DNA from: Lytechinus pictus
Taxonomy: Eukaryota
Length of the DNA: 64,000 bases
Direction: 5' to 3'
Assembly (NCBI RefSeq): GCF_037042905.1
Contig: NC_087251.1
Coordinates: forward strand, 7,318,001-7,382,000
The translations under genes and the position numbers were made by a program. The notes beneath the pieces are model-generated. The model did no database searches and was not told where the DNA came from. It was given only the letters and a program-made list of their open reading frames with translations. Of this stretch, positions 35,836-50,900 are shown piece by piece. Position 1 is the first letter of the stretch; the number at the start of each line of letters is the position of its first letter.

Positions 35836-37062
35836 TAGTAGTAATAGTATGCAAATGAGGGGACTGATGACGTCACTTACTTACAATTTCTTGTGTATTT
35901 CATTACATGAATATGAAATATTCTCATTTTTCTTATTCTCATAGTCTTTGTGACAAATGATTCTGTATAATTTGAAAAATCCATAAATGACATTTGTTAA
36001 AAAAATAAGGGAGAATTTTTTTTTAATGAATACAAAATGAACTAACGGTAAGTGTTGATAGAACATTGAAAATGCGGTAGTTAATCCCGCGCCATTCTCT
36101 TTTATATACGGCGTGACTTTATTCAACGACCGTGTTAAAAGTAAACCAGTAGAATGTCGCTCAATATGAGAAAGGAGCACTGAACTGGAATCATCGATAA
36201 TTTCTACAACGTGAACATTATGTCGTCTAACGATGTGGAAATCTAATGGAAAAGTGCTGCACGCAGTTAGAAAAAAAAAAGCTTCAGCAACGAGGCCACT
36301 TAGAACGAGTTAAGCCCTATTTCTTTTTTTTCGAAAAAAAAGCAAGCAATCATTTTTACATTTTATATTTCACATCGAGTATGAGTCAAAAGCCGAAAGG
36401 AACTGCTGATACAAATGCGTTACTACACCCCTGGATTTTCTGATGATATCAACATTATTGTGTTGATTGTAAACCAAGCCTAAACGTGAAGGGAGTGCAA
36501 AAATATTGAAATGTATTCTGAAGCGATCAATTTTGGTTAACGATATAGGTTGAAATTAAAATCTCATAATCACACAATGCTGATAAGAATAAGATTCGTT
36601 TGTAAAGGTATTCGATAACTTGTCACACTAACAAGACAAGAAGCATGCACTCTGAACATTATTTTATGCAATCAATGTTTCAAGGTGTGAAGGAACAAAC
36701 ACTCGCTATGTTATGTAAGGTGTATGATGTGAGAGATATTGTATATTATTACCCAGATATTTCGAAGATTACGAATGGTATAAGCTCAACAAAAAAATTA
36801 AAACAACACTGGTTAGGGTAGCGGGATTTACTTCCTCCATAGGTTTTACTTAACAAATTTCCTTATATCTAAATGATTGAATCGGGGTTTTTTAAACTTC
36901 ATAATATTATGTAAATTATTAATTTCCTATTTCTTAAATACAATTAACAGAAAGGAAGGGTATGAAATTCTGCATTGAAAATAATTATTGTTTATTTGTG
37001 GATGCAATTTAACTTTTAACAATTTAAACAAAACGAAGTGGTTTGAATCAATTAATACTGAA

Positions 37063-38502
37063 CAATCGCGTAGCCAGGATTTCATTTTGGAGGGGGCGGT
37101 AAATGCACGCGAAGCATGCCAACACTTACAGAGCGCGCTCCCTAGGGGGTGGGTGCAGGGAGGGGGAGTTTCCCCCTCCCTTGCGAAGCGCAAAGCTTTC
37201 GGTGTTTCATAAATTAAAATGAAAAGGAGCCGTCTCTCTTGTCTCTAGTACCTATATCAGCTACGATTCAGTTGACTATGTTGTGATTTTGAACCTTGTT
37301 TTTAAAAGTGATTGTGAACGCACAAAAAGGGATAAAATTGAGAAAATTAAAATAATAATTACCCCGCGCGAAGCGCGGAAGCTAAAGCGTTTTATCAATT
37401 TTTTTTTCTAAAGAAAAGGGTCCCGAGATAAGGGTATTTTATAAGTTATATTGAATGCTTCCCTTGGAAAGATCAGATTTGATTACAAACAATTTAGCGA
37501 CAGTGCATATCTTTAACTCGCAAAACAGAGGAGAAGAAGGGTATATGCGGGGAGGAAGATATTCCTCCCCGCGCAGTGCAATGAAACTCTGAAATTTCAA
37601 AGGGCGGACGTTTCATCAAATGCAGATATCTCTAATACCCCATCGGCTCTAATTCAATTGATTTTCTCAGATTATTGAACTTCATTACAAGGAAAATAGT
37701 GCGCAAAAAGTTGAAACTTCTGTGATTTATTGAAATTATATACTATAAAAAAAGGATGATGTATGATTTATTTGACTTATCCTGAAGCGTTTCATTTTCA
37801 ATGATAAAGAAACTTAAGTGTCATTCAAAATTTCAAACTGAGGGCGCGAAACAGGACAGGAGATGAATGTGCAGGGAAATGACATGAAGTTTAATAGAAT
37901 TTGATAAAAAATATATTGAACTGTTTTTTATTTAATACGACACGAAATTTATAACTTCCTCTTTTTAAATTAGGAACCTGTTTGCCCCCAATTATGGTTG
38001 TTTAGTAATGAGCTGAAAAAGCGGGAGAAGTTGCTTATATGGAGGTGACGGGAGAAATTAATATCAAGATTTTACTCGCCCGGAGTCGACCCGACCAGAA
38101 GTTGCGCGATCAATGTGAAAATAAAGATAACTTCTTATACTTCGGCCTATTACTCTAATTCCATGCCCTAATGTATACATTTGAACATTTCAAAGACATA
38201 GCTGAGGTGGAAAAACAGGGTTTTAAAAAGGGCTGGGGAAACAAAGGAGAACTGCAATATTGTCATTTAACCGCGCGCAGCGCGGAAGCAAATTTCATAT
38301 AAATTTAGAGCAAGAGTGAAGGAGTTTCTCTTTTGAGAAAAAAAGAAAAAAGAAAAAGACAAAACCCACAAAGCTATACCTTTCTTACCTTTCCTTCCTT
38401 CGCTTTTCTTTTTTCCTCTCTTTTTCTCTTCTTTTTTTTTCTTTTTGGGGACGTTTTTTTGGGGGGGCGACCGCCCCCACCGCCCCCCTGGCTACGCGCC
38501 TG
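37063..38502. mobile_element. hAT-type non-autonomous element
   Basis: CAATCGCGTAGCCAGG ... CCTGGCTACGCGCCTG termini with 8-bp flanks ATACTGAA/AAACTGAA. Confidence 0.65.
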
Positions 38503-38826
38503 AAACTGAAGTGGTATTAGCATTGGTCATATAGGCGCGAAAGTTAAAACTAAGTCACATCACCTGGGTGGAGGGCAGCACAATGTGGGATTTTTTTCTT
38601 GCTTAAGGAATTACAATTCGAACCCACTTCCCTCCGATAGAAAGACGAGAGTCGGAACCTTGCATGGTTGTATAACCACTAGACCACGATCACCCAATGT
38701 ATCACTTTTTGTTAGTGCTCCTTAATTCAAGACAAACTCGCCGCGGACATTATGATTAGAAAACTCACTTTTGTTGACAGTACTATTCACTTAGCAATAT
38801 CCAGCCATATAATTATCTACGTTTGT

Positions 38827-39175
38827 GGAAGCGTCGTGGTGCAACAGTTCTGACTCTCGCTTTGTAATCAGAGGGTCGTGTGTTCGAATCCCACCGCGGT
38901 CAAGCGTCCTTTGGCAAGGCGTTAATCCACACTTCGCCATTCTCGACCCAGGTGTTAAATGGGTACCCGGTAGGATGTGAATGTCAATGTGATTAGATTG
39001 GCACGTGTGCACCGATAAACGGTTGCCTGGCCAGGATACTCCCAAGGGAGTGGAGGTGGTGCACTTCATCATGTGTGGAACGCTGCTGGATACTAAGACC
39101 GGAGTAATAATAATTTACAATGTAAAACACTTGGAAGCCAACATAGGAAGCGCTATATAAATGTAACTATTATTA
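38827..39175 (+). mobile_element. tRNA-derived SINE, related subfamily
   Basis: GGAAGCGTCGTGG head, TGTTCGAATCC B box, CTCGACCCAGGTGTTAAATGGGTACC core and AGCGCTATATAAAT..TATTATT tail. Confidence 0.75.
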
Positions 39176-41535
39176 TCTACAAGGACGTACAACAATCGCT
39201 TATTCATAAATCACTAGTAATGTTTATAATGACAATTTTCCTTTTATGCCGTATATGTTAATAATTTATGATAGAACAAAATCATATCGCAAACAATAAT
39301 TTACCTATCTAGAAAAGAATGCTTGCTACAACGTACAATTTTTCATATCTTCCATACGAATGAAATCATTTAATGCGAAGTCGTGAGTTATTACCTTCCC
39401 GATATACGGCCTTGAAATTGACAGACCGATTGTGTACTACATCATGCTATTATTTGCTACATAGTAAAGCATAAAAAGTTGAGACAAAGATTGACGACAT
39501 TTCATAATGTTCCTTCACGACTATTTCGATAAAGGATTCAATATTAAAATTCAATAACTTCGATATTTCTTATCAGATTTTGATGAAATTTTCAGCATTT
39601 TGCTTTGTGAATTTTACTCTATTTATTTAGATATAAATATTTTCAACCCGGAGTACCCCTTTAAAATAAAAAAAAGTGAAAAGATGAAGTAGAAATTATA
39701 CCATAATATAGAGCCTGAGCATTAGATCAAGTAGCTATTAGACCAAATGCCCTAATGCTCAGGTGGTAGACAATCTGATAAGTAATCCAACTACGTGAAT
39801 ACAAGTGGATATCTCAAAGTCTCAGAACCATACAGTCTTTTTTATGATTCTGTTTTTATTATATAACAAATTGAAGTAAATCACAAAATTTACAAATGAT
39901 TATTAGGTGATATCAAATCACATATTGTCATCCAGATAACTGATTAGAGGTTGTAATTTTCAGGTTCCTATTTGACACTACATTTCCCATTTTGTAAATT
40001 GCTCCCTAAAAGGGCTGTTACATGCGTGTTATTGTACTGAGTGGCCCGCCTTTTTCTGCTTCAATCATATTTCTTGGAAACAAGAATCCCATTCTTGATA
40101 TCAGTTATTGCATTTGCTAACAAACAGAAAGAAAAATCAAAGGAGTCACATTCTTTATAAGATGAATAATTTGTTGTTGTGAAAAAGTGCTATTGTGACA
40201 TCGAGAAATATGTTTAGATGAAACATTCAGATGTAACAGGCAGTCCCTTTACGAGTGCAATCTCTATACACACTTTATCTCAGGTGATCAACCTGCACTA
40301 TATAATATATGTCCCTATGTCTTAGTATATTGCCTTACAAGTCACAAAGGAGTTTTCTTTCTTTCTTTTTTAGCTTAGACATATCAACGAAACATAACTG
40401 AACCGCTGATTTATAAATTTGGATACCGTATAGGCCTGATAACCCGTAGGGAAAATATTAGAATACAATCATGAAATGGGGAATAAAGTTCAAGATCAAA
40501 TTTTGAAAAGAACCATGACGGATACTTGATACAATACCTCTTGGAGAATTTATTGTATATCAAATTGTTTTAAAGACTGTGTAAAGCTTGGTAAAGGATA
40601 AATAATGTTTCTTATGCTCCTGTAGAATTCAAAATTCCAATGATTCCAATCTAACACACGAGATAGTGGCCGCTGAAACGCCTTTCAACGGCTTTTTCTG
40701 TACCCCCCCCTCCAAAAAAAAAAAAAAAACATTAAAACCTATTTCCATATCCACCTTCTCTCGGAAAGTGGTGAATTCGTCTGAAGACGGCCAATCATGA
40801 AGACAGCTCTGGATATATACTTTTTAAAGGTTAGCAGCTCTGGGGTCAATTCAATTTATGCATGTATCCATGTAATAGCTTCCAGTGCCTGTGTATGATT
40901 GAGTACCCACCTTAAGACTGCATGGTTCCACTGCGGGTGACACTTATGTTTCATCATGGACCTATTTGTAATAGGTCCATGGTTTCATACAGTGGGTCTG
41001 CATGTGGTTGGTCTCGTGTTGTGGGTGCTCAAGCATGCAAACATGGTATATTTATGTATATTTATTTTATTAATATATATATTTACATGTATTATTTTGA
41101 CGTATTTATAGTTTGTGATTGATTATTCTTTGTTCCTATATGCACTTTTTTATAGGAGTCTGATGATAATTTTTGTGTTTTTTAATTGAATATGACAATA
41201 AAAAAAATTGAATTGAATTGAAATGTCTTAACTTTTCTTAAAATTTGACCCTTTGAGCATTTAGATTACAATTTAGTAATTGGGTATCAAAAAGTAACAA
41301 GGTTTATATCCTAAAAATGTCAGCCCATTCTACGAATGAAAAGTGTTTATATAAAGAAAAAAATATCCAACTAAAAAATCAATGGACATCGTCTATACAT
41401 TCTGCCTTGACAAACATGGGAATGATGATTTGCATCATAGTCTCTGTTGGCGATGATACGAATGAAAAGATCTGTCGCTTTTATCCAGCCTGAGGATGTT
41501 GAAATGTAACTCCTATAATTTTGCTGGTTCTATTA

Positions 41536-41930
41536 TTAGCTGATTGTATGTCGCCGACCATGTCTCGTGCTTGTCGTGAATTTTCTCTCAAAGTTTGTTG
41601 AAAATTGGTCAAACCTTGTCTCTGCCTGCTCAGGTTCTTCATCAATGGTTGATAATTCAGCAGGCTGACAGAAGTCGATGTCCATATCACCAGAACCAAT
41701 GACAGTCTTAGCACGTGTACGACCAACATCGATACTCGTGATCGACGGACGTGGAATTAACTGGCGATCAGGTCGTCGAGGTGTTATTCCGATAGGATGG
41801 ATGGAAATGATGTTTATGAAGGGCGCCGATGATACATTTCCAACAACATTACCTTCGCTTCGTCTATAATAGTATAGGATAAATGGAAATAGGATCCCGG
41901 CTTCCAAGATGAATAGTATACACTGCATGA
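41536..41930 (-). CDS. SLC51A: OSTalpha-like gene 1, terminal exon 7
   Basis: TTTTTCCAG| acceptor, last TM (MQCILFILEAGILFPFILYYYRR), long cytoplasmic tail and TAA stop. Confidence 0.88.
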
Positions 41931-44900
41931 CTGGAAAAAGACGAACAAGAACATTAATTTGATAATGAATTTATAATCTTGAAAACTACAATGAGTCTTC
42001 GTTTGGTAGAAAAGTTTATCTATTAACTTTAATTTTCTTAATCTATTCCGTTTAATTCAATTCAATTCCATGTGGAAAAGGGGTCGGAGAAGTTAAGCCC
42101 TACCATTAAATATTATGGAATTAATGTGTTGATTTTTTTAAATCTTATTTTATATAAAGCGTTGTACTGGCATGTTTTATTTCACTGGCGTAGAGATGGG
42201 GTGGGGGCTTTACCCATGTCCCCCTTCCCCTATTTGACTCAGCTCAGAGAAAAGGGAGAAAACAAGAAGAAAGGGTAATGAAAAGTGAAAAATCTTTATC
42301 TGGATATTATGTAAAAATCTATCTAAAAATTCGTTGTTTGTATTAAAAGTCCTGTCTTGCTCGTTCGCTTCGCTCGCTCTCAACTTTGTATAATTTTTAC
42401 CCCATAAGTCATCTCTGCATGCCCCCTTAAAAGTTTGAGTTCTTTGCGCTACTTTTTTAGTTATATTTAGACCTTATTCAATTCCTTATATTGATAAGAC
42501 TTAAAATTAAAATTCCAGCTTATTCAAATCAATCAATCATGCAATATATCACAATAATTTGAAAAGGAAGAAATATTACATGGGGTTTTGGGAGAGGGTA
42601 GACTGAAGTAATACGGAGTGAAGATAAATAGTGAAGGAATACTTACAATTGGCTCTTGCCTGATTAGAGAAAGGAAAGGTACATTCTAACAATCGGAATC
42701 TCATGATTAGACTAAGTAATGCCGGTTGAATGTTACAGATCACAATACCAAGTTTGATAAAAGTAAACTTAGTCCTGACATGGAACGGCTGAAGAAACCT
42801 AGTAGAAGCTATGTAAATCATATTTAATGCCATCATTGCAATCACTGATGAAAATATGGTCGTGGTATTTACAATCGCAAGTGGTCTATCTGAAGCCATC
42901 TGTATAAGAAGAACACAGGAGGAGCATGTTTCATACTTATCGGGTCTGTAATCTGCATACATTTTTAAAAGTGTAATGATAATGACTCTTGCAGTTATTC
43001 CGTATACATTATTCTGACTTGATTTATTACTAAAATTAATGTGTGTCTTTGATTTCCTGCAGTAATAAATGGGACTAGTACTAGGCCTATATGAGACTAT
43101 ATAGCGTCTCATCATACGTCAGCTTCACTCTTAAAAATGTTGGGCAACACACTGTTCACACAATAATTATTGGTTAAAACGTTATTCAATTCTTGGTAGT
43201 TTTAAACCAATAATGCTTTTGGATGAAAACTATACAGTATTGGTTGAAAACCACAAAGAGTCGAATATTTTTTGTCACAACTAATTGTTGTGTGGACAGT
43301 ATGTTGCCAAACATTTTAAAATTGTACGAAATGCTATGCACTACACCTCAAATTAATTATTCAAAAAGTATAAGAGATCTTTATGAAGCAAATACTTGAT
43401 CGGGACCTGATCAAAGATTGTGCATGAATGGATTCGAAAGAAGATATGTGATCCATAAGAAAATGTGCATGAAGTACAAATCACCATTCATATAAATTAT
43501 TGGAAATTAATTGAGGAATACATCCTCTCATGCGCCGGATACTCTTATAAAAATTATTAATTTTCTTCGATTGACTGTTTCATTTTTCGATCGGGAATTT
43601 TAACACAATACTTCTATATATTTACTTAAATATGAAAAGGCCTACTCATACGGGAAAGAATGAAATTTAAGACGGGACTAAAATACCTTATCAGTTAAGT
43701 AGACAGCATCTAACCATATGATTACTCCAATGAATGATGTAACTGGTTTGAAGATGGCCACTTGTAAGACAGCGATTTTCAACCATTTGAAACTGCGCCT
43801 GTAGTTAAGGTAGATGAAAAGTGTATTTAACGTTAACACATGCAGAGTACTGTCATCTCCATCTTGAAATATATTTTCTTCTGATCGGAATCGTTCAACA
43901 TCTCAATTGGATCCAGATAAATAATGGGGGGGGGGGTAAACGTTTTCTATAATGTGTAATCTGCGAGGTAGTATAAGGTCTGTTTTTTTTCTTCAAAGAT
44001 CAAAGCAAGCAAGCTTTACAAAATATACAGTACACTCTAAAGACAAAGAGGGCGGATAGGGTCGTAAAAGTACCAAAAGAGACAAGATTTCCACGCGTTT
44101 CAACAAAATAATGATGTTACTCCTCACCCCTGTTTTCATTGGTGATTTAACCCTTTCCACCCTTCCACGTTTAGAGTTTCTCACGTTCGCATTTTGCATT
44201 TAATGAGATATAAACTCCTAAAAAAAAATTGGAAATCTGACTTTGATCGATAATCCCTCCTCGGTCTTAGTGAATTATTATTATGCGTAATTGATACCAA
44301 TGAATAGATCATTAAACAATTTCTTTAAAATGATTCCCTACATGATAATGATTATGGTTCACATCAGGGGCCGCGGAAGCGGGGGGGGGGGGCTGGGGCC
44401 CCCCCACTTTTTTCCAAAACCGTGCACAAAATCGTAAAAATGACCATATGATTGTGATTTTTTGCATGGTCAGCCCCCCCCCCCCACTTTGAAAACCGTT
44501 CTGCGGCCCCTGCACATGGAGGTGCAGTGCCTTGAAATGTGGGGCAAGTTCGAAATTCAAAAGTTGCAAAATGACAGAATATTGAAAGTCTCTGTTTTTT
44601 TTTTCCGCATTGATGTGTGAGTTTCTCAGCGGTTTCTTTTGTTTTCATGCAACATTAACATGGAATCAATCATACCTTTGCACAAGCAAGTACATAACTA
44701 ACAAACAAACAAACATGCATGGGTATTTCAAACCACGACTCAAGCCATGTTAACTCACAGAACCATCACTACATAAACCACAATAAAACATCAAAAATGA
44801 AGAAGCATTGTCTTGATTTGAATGGATTTTCATCTCTGTTGACACTGACAAAAGAATCATGTTCTTTATTGACCCTTCATGACTATTTCTGCTAGTTTTG

Positions 44901-47900
44901 TTGCTTTTCAAACCAGATCTCATCCAACGTTTTTGAATCCTACTCTTTTCGTGATGGCATGATCATAACAAGCATGATATCATTTTAAAGAAAATTAAAT
45001 GATCTTTTGAATGATATCTAATAAACATTGTGTAAAATTGGGAATTAGGAGAAATTAATGGCCAAAATCAGATTTCCAAACTTTTTTGAGGGGTATATAT
45101 CATATTCACAAGCATTAGACCTATATATGGCGTTTAAATTATCTCGTTTTCAATTCAATATAGATTGAAATACTTTAGTTTGCGCTTCATATTGCGTAAT
45201 CTTTTTTTTTTTTTTAAGCGATGAAAAATAAATGAATCTGAATGTGAAATAAATCAATTTGAATATAAAATTATGATTGATTTCTTTTTTTTGGCGGGGG
45301 TAAAAGACTCAGCTAGCGCTTCACGCTCGCATTATTGGTTCAGTGATTTACGTACGATATCCTGTTCATCTAACATTGCTTGAAATGCAAAATTTCGGGT
45401 CAGTATAAGCAAAACAAATTTCTTCTAGGTCGCTTCGCTCCCTCGCAATATGAACCCCCACATTTCCCATTAAATCATGTGCCACCTTTAAAAATCCATG
45501 GACCAGCCCTTGGTGTTAGTGCATTGCCTTACAAAAAATAATTATATGGATAAACAATATTTTAAAAAATCAATGAAACAAACAAGCAAGTTCAATTCAA
45601 TGAAAACACTGACAAACAATGAGTCAAGTATATCAATTTTTCAGATATATGTAATTGTAGATCTAAAAAAAACCTTTGAAAAAAAATATAAAAAAGTGGT
45701 AGTTGGTATAGAGATGTTCTAAAATGAAAGTATGATGGGTAAGGGTTTGCACCACTGCTCTGTAAACTGATTTAAAAGCACGTGTACTGATAGACACTTG
45801 TGCAACTGAATAGAGGAAAATGAAGGATGATTGTAAATTGTTGTTATGATTGTTGAGCTAAATAATAATCATATCCATATAGGGTATATACCTTGTTAAT
45901 CTTTTCTCTGGTAAAAACAGACAGCAACATGTGAGTGGCGTGCTTGCTAAAGGGAAGGTGAAACGCTCGGCAGAAAAACGATACATCATTTTCTCATAGC
46001 CTCCATAGTAGTTCATAACGATGACCAGGAATTTAAACATTGTAAAGGAATAGCACCTGAAAAGAAAATCACAATCGATGTTGTTATTATTAATATTATT
46101 ATTATTATTGCAAACAACATGACCTGGCCGCAAGCTTCATTTAAAGGACAGTCCATCATTGAGAGAGTATACTAATCGATAAGCAAAGCAAAATGGTGAT
46201 GGGGGAGAAGTCCCTATCTTAAACTTCGCAATCCCTTTATACCATAATGAGAACAATATAAAATCAACATAAGGGAAGCGATCTGGAGCGATTCAAAATG
46301 CTAAAATTCACAACTCTTTTTTTAAAACCCACAGTAATTGCTGGGGGCATGTATCCACGACCCCCCCCCCCCCCCCATTATGAGACATAACCAATGGTCG
46401 CTTTTAAATCTAGTATAAGCCTATTTATTTCTTTGAAAATTGCTGTTTGATGTTTATATATTTATTTTCTAAAACATGATTATCAGATTAGATGTAGATT
46501 TACATAAAGTAATAATCCTAGTAAGAAAGGTCGGATCACCCGGAATTCCCATCGAATATAGGAATGATAACAGTTATTTTTAACGGTTTACTTAGCAAAT
46601 TAATTAAAACTTAGGACCTCATTGTATGCGTTGATTGTGATGTTAAAAAATATTCATAGATGTCATAATGAAAAACAAAGAAGTATAATTGCCATTATAA
46701 AGAAATCTGTCAAAAAGATTTTGATAAGACTATTTTCATTTCGTATAAAATGAACCATTAAGCAATCATTCAGCTTTTCCATACTGTAGCCTTATTAATC
46801 TAGGAGGCCTCTCAACCCACCCCCCACCCGAAAAAAAATGAATTAATAGAACAAGACAAAGTACAATTACGATTAGATAAATAAGTATTAATTGAAAAAA
46901 TATATATATATGCCTATTTTAGTTGATTATGATTGCAAAATGAATACTTTTACAGAAAGGAAGAGTTTCATATCCATAATCTATATGAATCTTAAAATCA
47001 GGCAACATTTTCAAAAGGGCAAGGTATACTTACAATGATGCTACTAAGTTACAAAAAGTTGCTGATACAGGCGAGTATACTCCAGGTAAAACAACACAAC
47101 TCATCACCTGTATATATATATGGAAGATATAATAACAATGTAAAATGATTAAATAACGTTTTATTTAAAGTTGGGATGGCACCATGGTATCTTGATTGGA
47201 GAGAGAAAGAATACAGGCTACTGAAAAATATGGACTTTTTATACGGGATACATGCCGCATGCCCTTTTTATTTTGTAAAATTGTATTTGATTTGTATTAC
47301 TTTATATTACTTTGTATTATGTTTTGAATGGAAATGGAATGAAGAATTGAATTGAATTGAATTGAATTGAATATTTATATTCTTCTTCGCGTCGTTGTTT
47401 TTGCCCTTTTTCTTGAAAATAATAGGGAGTGTTTGCCCCTTCTGCCTCCCCCCCCCCTGTGGCCAGAGCCGCAATTGAATTGAATTGAATTGAATTTATT
47501 ACCAAATATCACTGTCAGGTACAATTACAAGGAATAGTACATCACATATAAACAAAACATTTGGTAATTGGAGTTAACATAATAGCAAGAGGCTAATCGA
47601 GGTTAACCTCAAATAATGTCATTATAATAGTTCAAACAATAAATTTAACTAAATCTCAATATTGTACATCAAATTCAGTACTAATTCTACTTATTACTGT
47701 TGCAGAAAATTTCGATCATTTTCAGTGAACATATTTACACTATTTACAAGAAAAAAATATCTTAATTATTCACAAAATCTTTATATAGAATTATTTGTTT
47801 TCAGGCAGTATTTTACCATACGAAATTAATTATAATCTTCCAGTAGCATTAATTTTAACGATTTGCTAAATATCTTACAACTGGGGGTGTTTCTAATATT

Positions 47901-50900
47901 ACTTGGCAGATGATTCCATAAAGTAGGACCAGGAAATGAAATTGATTGTTTTCCCAAATTGGTATTATTTTTGTCAAGATTAACATTTCGCTTTTCTCTA
48001 TTTCTTGTATTGTAAGGATGGTCTATAAATGAAAAATAATCAATAAAACTATGCGGCAACCGATTATTAATTAAATCGTGCATAAATACTCCTATCAAAT
48101 ATTGGTATTGTTTGAAAATATCGAGAATATTTAGATCATTAAATAAAGGAGCAGAGTGATAAGTATGATGGTTGAACGTCATTATTCTAGCTATTCGTTT
48201 TTTGAAGTAATAATATAGGGTTCAGGGTTGTTTTGCACGTCCCACCCCATACTTCCAGACCATACGTTTATATGTGGTAAAATAAATGAGTTGTATAACA
48301 TAACTAAGATTCTCTTTGTTACATAATTCCTCAATCTATAAAGTATTCCATTTTTTTGCTTAGCAACAATGTCAACCTGTTTCTTCCATGTAAGGTTTTT
48401 GTCAATACATATACCAAGAAATAGTGTTGATTCAACCAGTGACAATTGTCCTTATATCAAAATATTTTTCCGTCTATTTTTAAACAACATATATTTGATT
48501 TTCGTAACATTGATTGTCAATTTGTTGGCATTGCACCATGCTATTATATTGTTTAAATTGAGACTAATTTCTGATAAATCAATATGTTGTTCATTACAAT
48601 TGAAAGTATGAAATAAATTTGAGTCATCCGCAAAAAGACGGAAATTGAAATAATTTAATGAGTTTGCCAGATCGTTTATATACAACAAGAACAAAGTTGG
48701 ACCCAAAACTGATCCTTGTGGAATACCGCATGAAATCGACCTGTATTCGGAATTTACACCATCATAATTAACAAATTGCTTTATGTTTCGTAAATAATCA
48801 TTAAACCATTCTACTGCCTTACCACGAATGCCATAGTGTTCTAGTTTCTTAATGAGAATAGAATGATTAATCGTATCAAAAGCTTTAGCAAAATCGATGA
48901 ATATTCCTACTGTCACCTTTCCTTCATCAGTATATCTTGTAATTTAATTAATCAGATTTATCAGTGAAAGTGTCGTACTGTATCCATTTCTAAAACCATA
49001 TTGGTGTTTATACAATATTTCATTCTTTTTTATAAATTTCATCAATCGTGCATTCACTAGTTTTTCAAATATTTTGCTAATCGCGGGTAAAATCGATATT
49101 GGTCTATAATTTCCAGGTAATTCTTTATCTCCCTTTTTTAATACTGGTATAACTCTTGCAACTTTTAATTTATCTGGAAAAATGCCTGTGGTAAATGATA
49201 GATTGAATATATGCGAAAGAGGTTTGCAAATACAATTCATAGCATATATCAACGGTCGAACTGATATGTCATCATAGCCACTTGCTTTAGATTGATCAAG
49301 AGTGTATAACATTTCTTTAACTTCTGAACTTGTTATTGGCAGGAAGAAAAATGTTTGACTAATGTATGGACCCATGAACTCTCGGTAATTAACATTTGGC
49401 TCCTCAATTTTCTCAGCTAGATTTTTCCCAATAGTAGAGAAATAATTGTTGAGTGAATTTGCTATATCAACAGATGAAGTAATTTCGGAAGGTTCATTTT
49501 CTTGGTTAACAACTAATTTGTTAATTTTTTAATTCAGATTCGAGCCACTATTTTTATTCAAAAGTTCATTGATATGACTCCAAGTTTTCTTTTAATCTTT
49601 TTGTCTGCTTCAAACTTATGTTCATAATGCATTTGCTTTGCTTTCCTTAAGACGGTTGATAACTGATTTCTGTATTTTTTATATTTATTCAAACAATCTT
49701 TATTATAATTTGATTTTATAACTTGAGAAAAAAGTTTGTGCTTTTTCGATATTGAACGCTTAATACATCGAGAAGTTCAGAATAAAGTGATATATGGGGA
49801 AATGCGATATTTACTCTTATAATGTTTGAGAGAAGTTTGTGACCAATAATGTTTGTAACACAGTTTTCTCTTCTCTTCGAAGTACAAAGAATCTCACTCA
49901 TGTTTCGAATTCAAGGGCAAACAAACTTGAATATAACCATGTATCCCAAAAATTTCATTCTTTGATCCAAATTGAAAGGTTTAATCCATTTTGTTTTCCT
50001 TAATGTCATTTAATCTACGACACTGAAATGAATTTTTTAAAATTACACCTGCTTGTCTCCTTCCATTCTAACCTAATTTCTATTTCAAGGAGTTAAAAAA
50101 AGAATCGATTTGAATCTTTAGAACAGTTCTTTATTTCGATTTTTCTATACATCTCCACTTAACGCGCATAATGAATAATAATTACGAAGAACCAATTGCA
50201 ACATATAGGGGGATTTATAATTTTTACAACTTTATCTTTCTTATTTGCTTAAAAATCATAACGCGTTTTATGATTTGATCACATAATTCGAAAGTCATTT
50301 AAATGTACAGTGATTTTCCATGAGATGAGACAAGTGAATGTTTATTTGATACGGGATTGTTTGACCATGGACCTACTAACATGGTTTGACTTACCGGCAA
50401 GACAGCAATCATCCACCATGTTGTTATACGATGATTGGAAACTGATGAAAGTTGGACCTTATTACTCAGAAAACATGCTGATTCAATTAAAAAGGCTACA
50501 AGTAAAACTGTCACTAACGTGCACGCGATAAGCAAAGTCAAGTTGACGGGCCTCTCCGAGATTCCTGAATTATAAAGGTTAAAAAGGGAAAAAATAAAAA
50601 ATAGAGAACGGATAGGATGAACAGGTGAGATCATAATAAGAATTTAAAGTTTAATAAGGAAACAACTTTTCTAAACTGTTATAGTTATTAAAGCCTGCTT
50701 GACATTGTGACAGGGCATAATAAATCAGGATGTGATTTAAAAAATCGTTTTAGGAGTATATTTATTCATGAATAAGAAAGAACTTTTTAAGCATATTTAT
50801 TAACCGCTAGTGCGATTTACAGCGCATATTGAAAAAGAATTTTATTTTTCCTGAAATCCTTAAATGAATCGAATTAACCATTTCACTACAACCATCATTG

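Noticed and set aside
42576..43115. 179-aa ORF as a standalone gene
   Set aside because: Only 42647-42899 is exonic. The remainder is intron read-through.
47243..47290. Candidate OSTalpha exon ending ACGMYP
   Set aside because: Weak donor and no good acceptor. Exon 50395-50564 fits both phase and homology.
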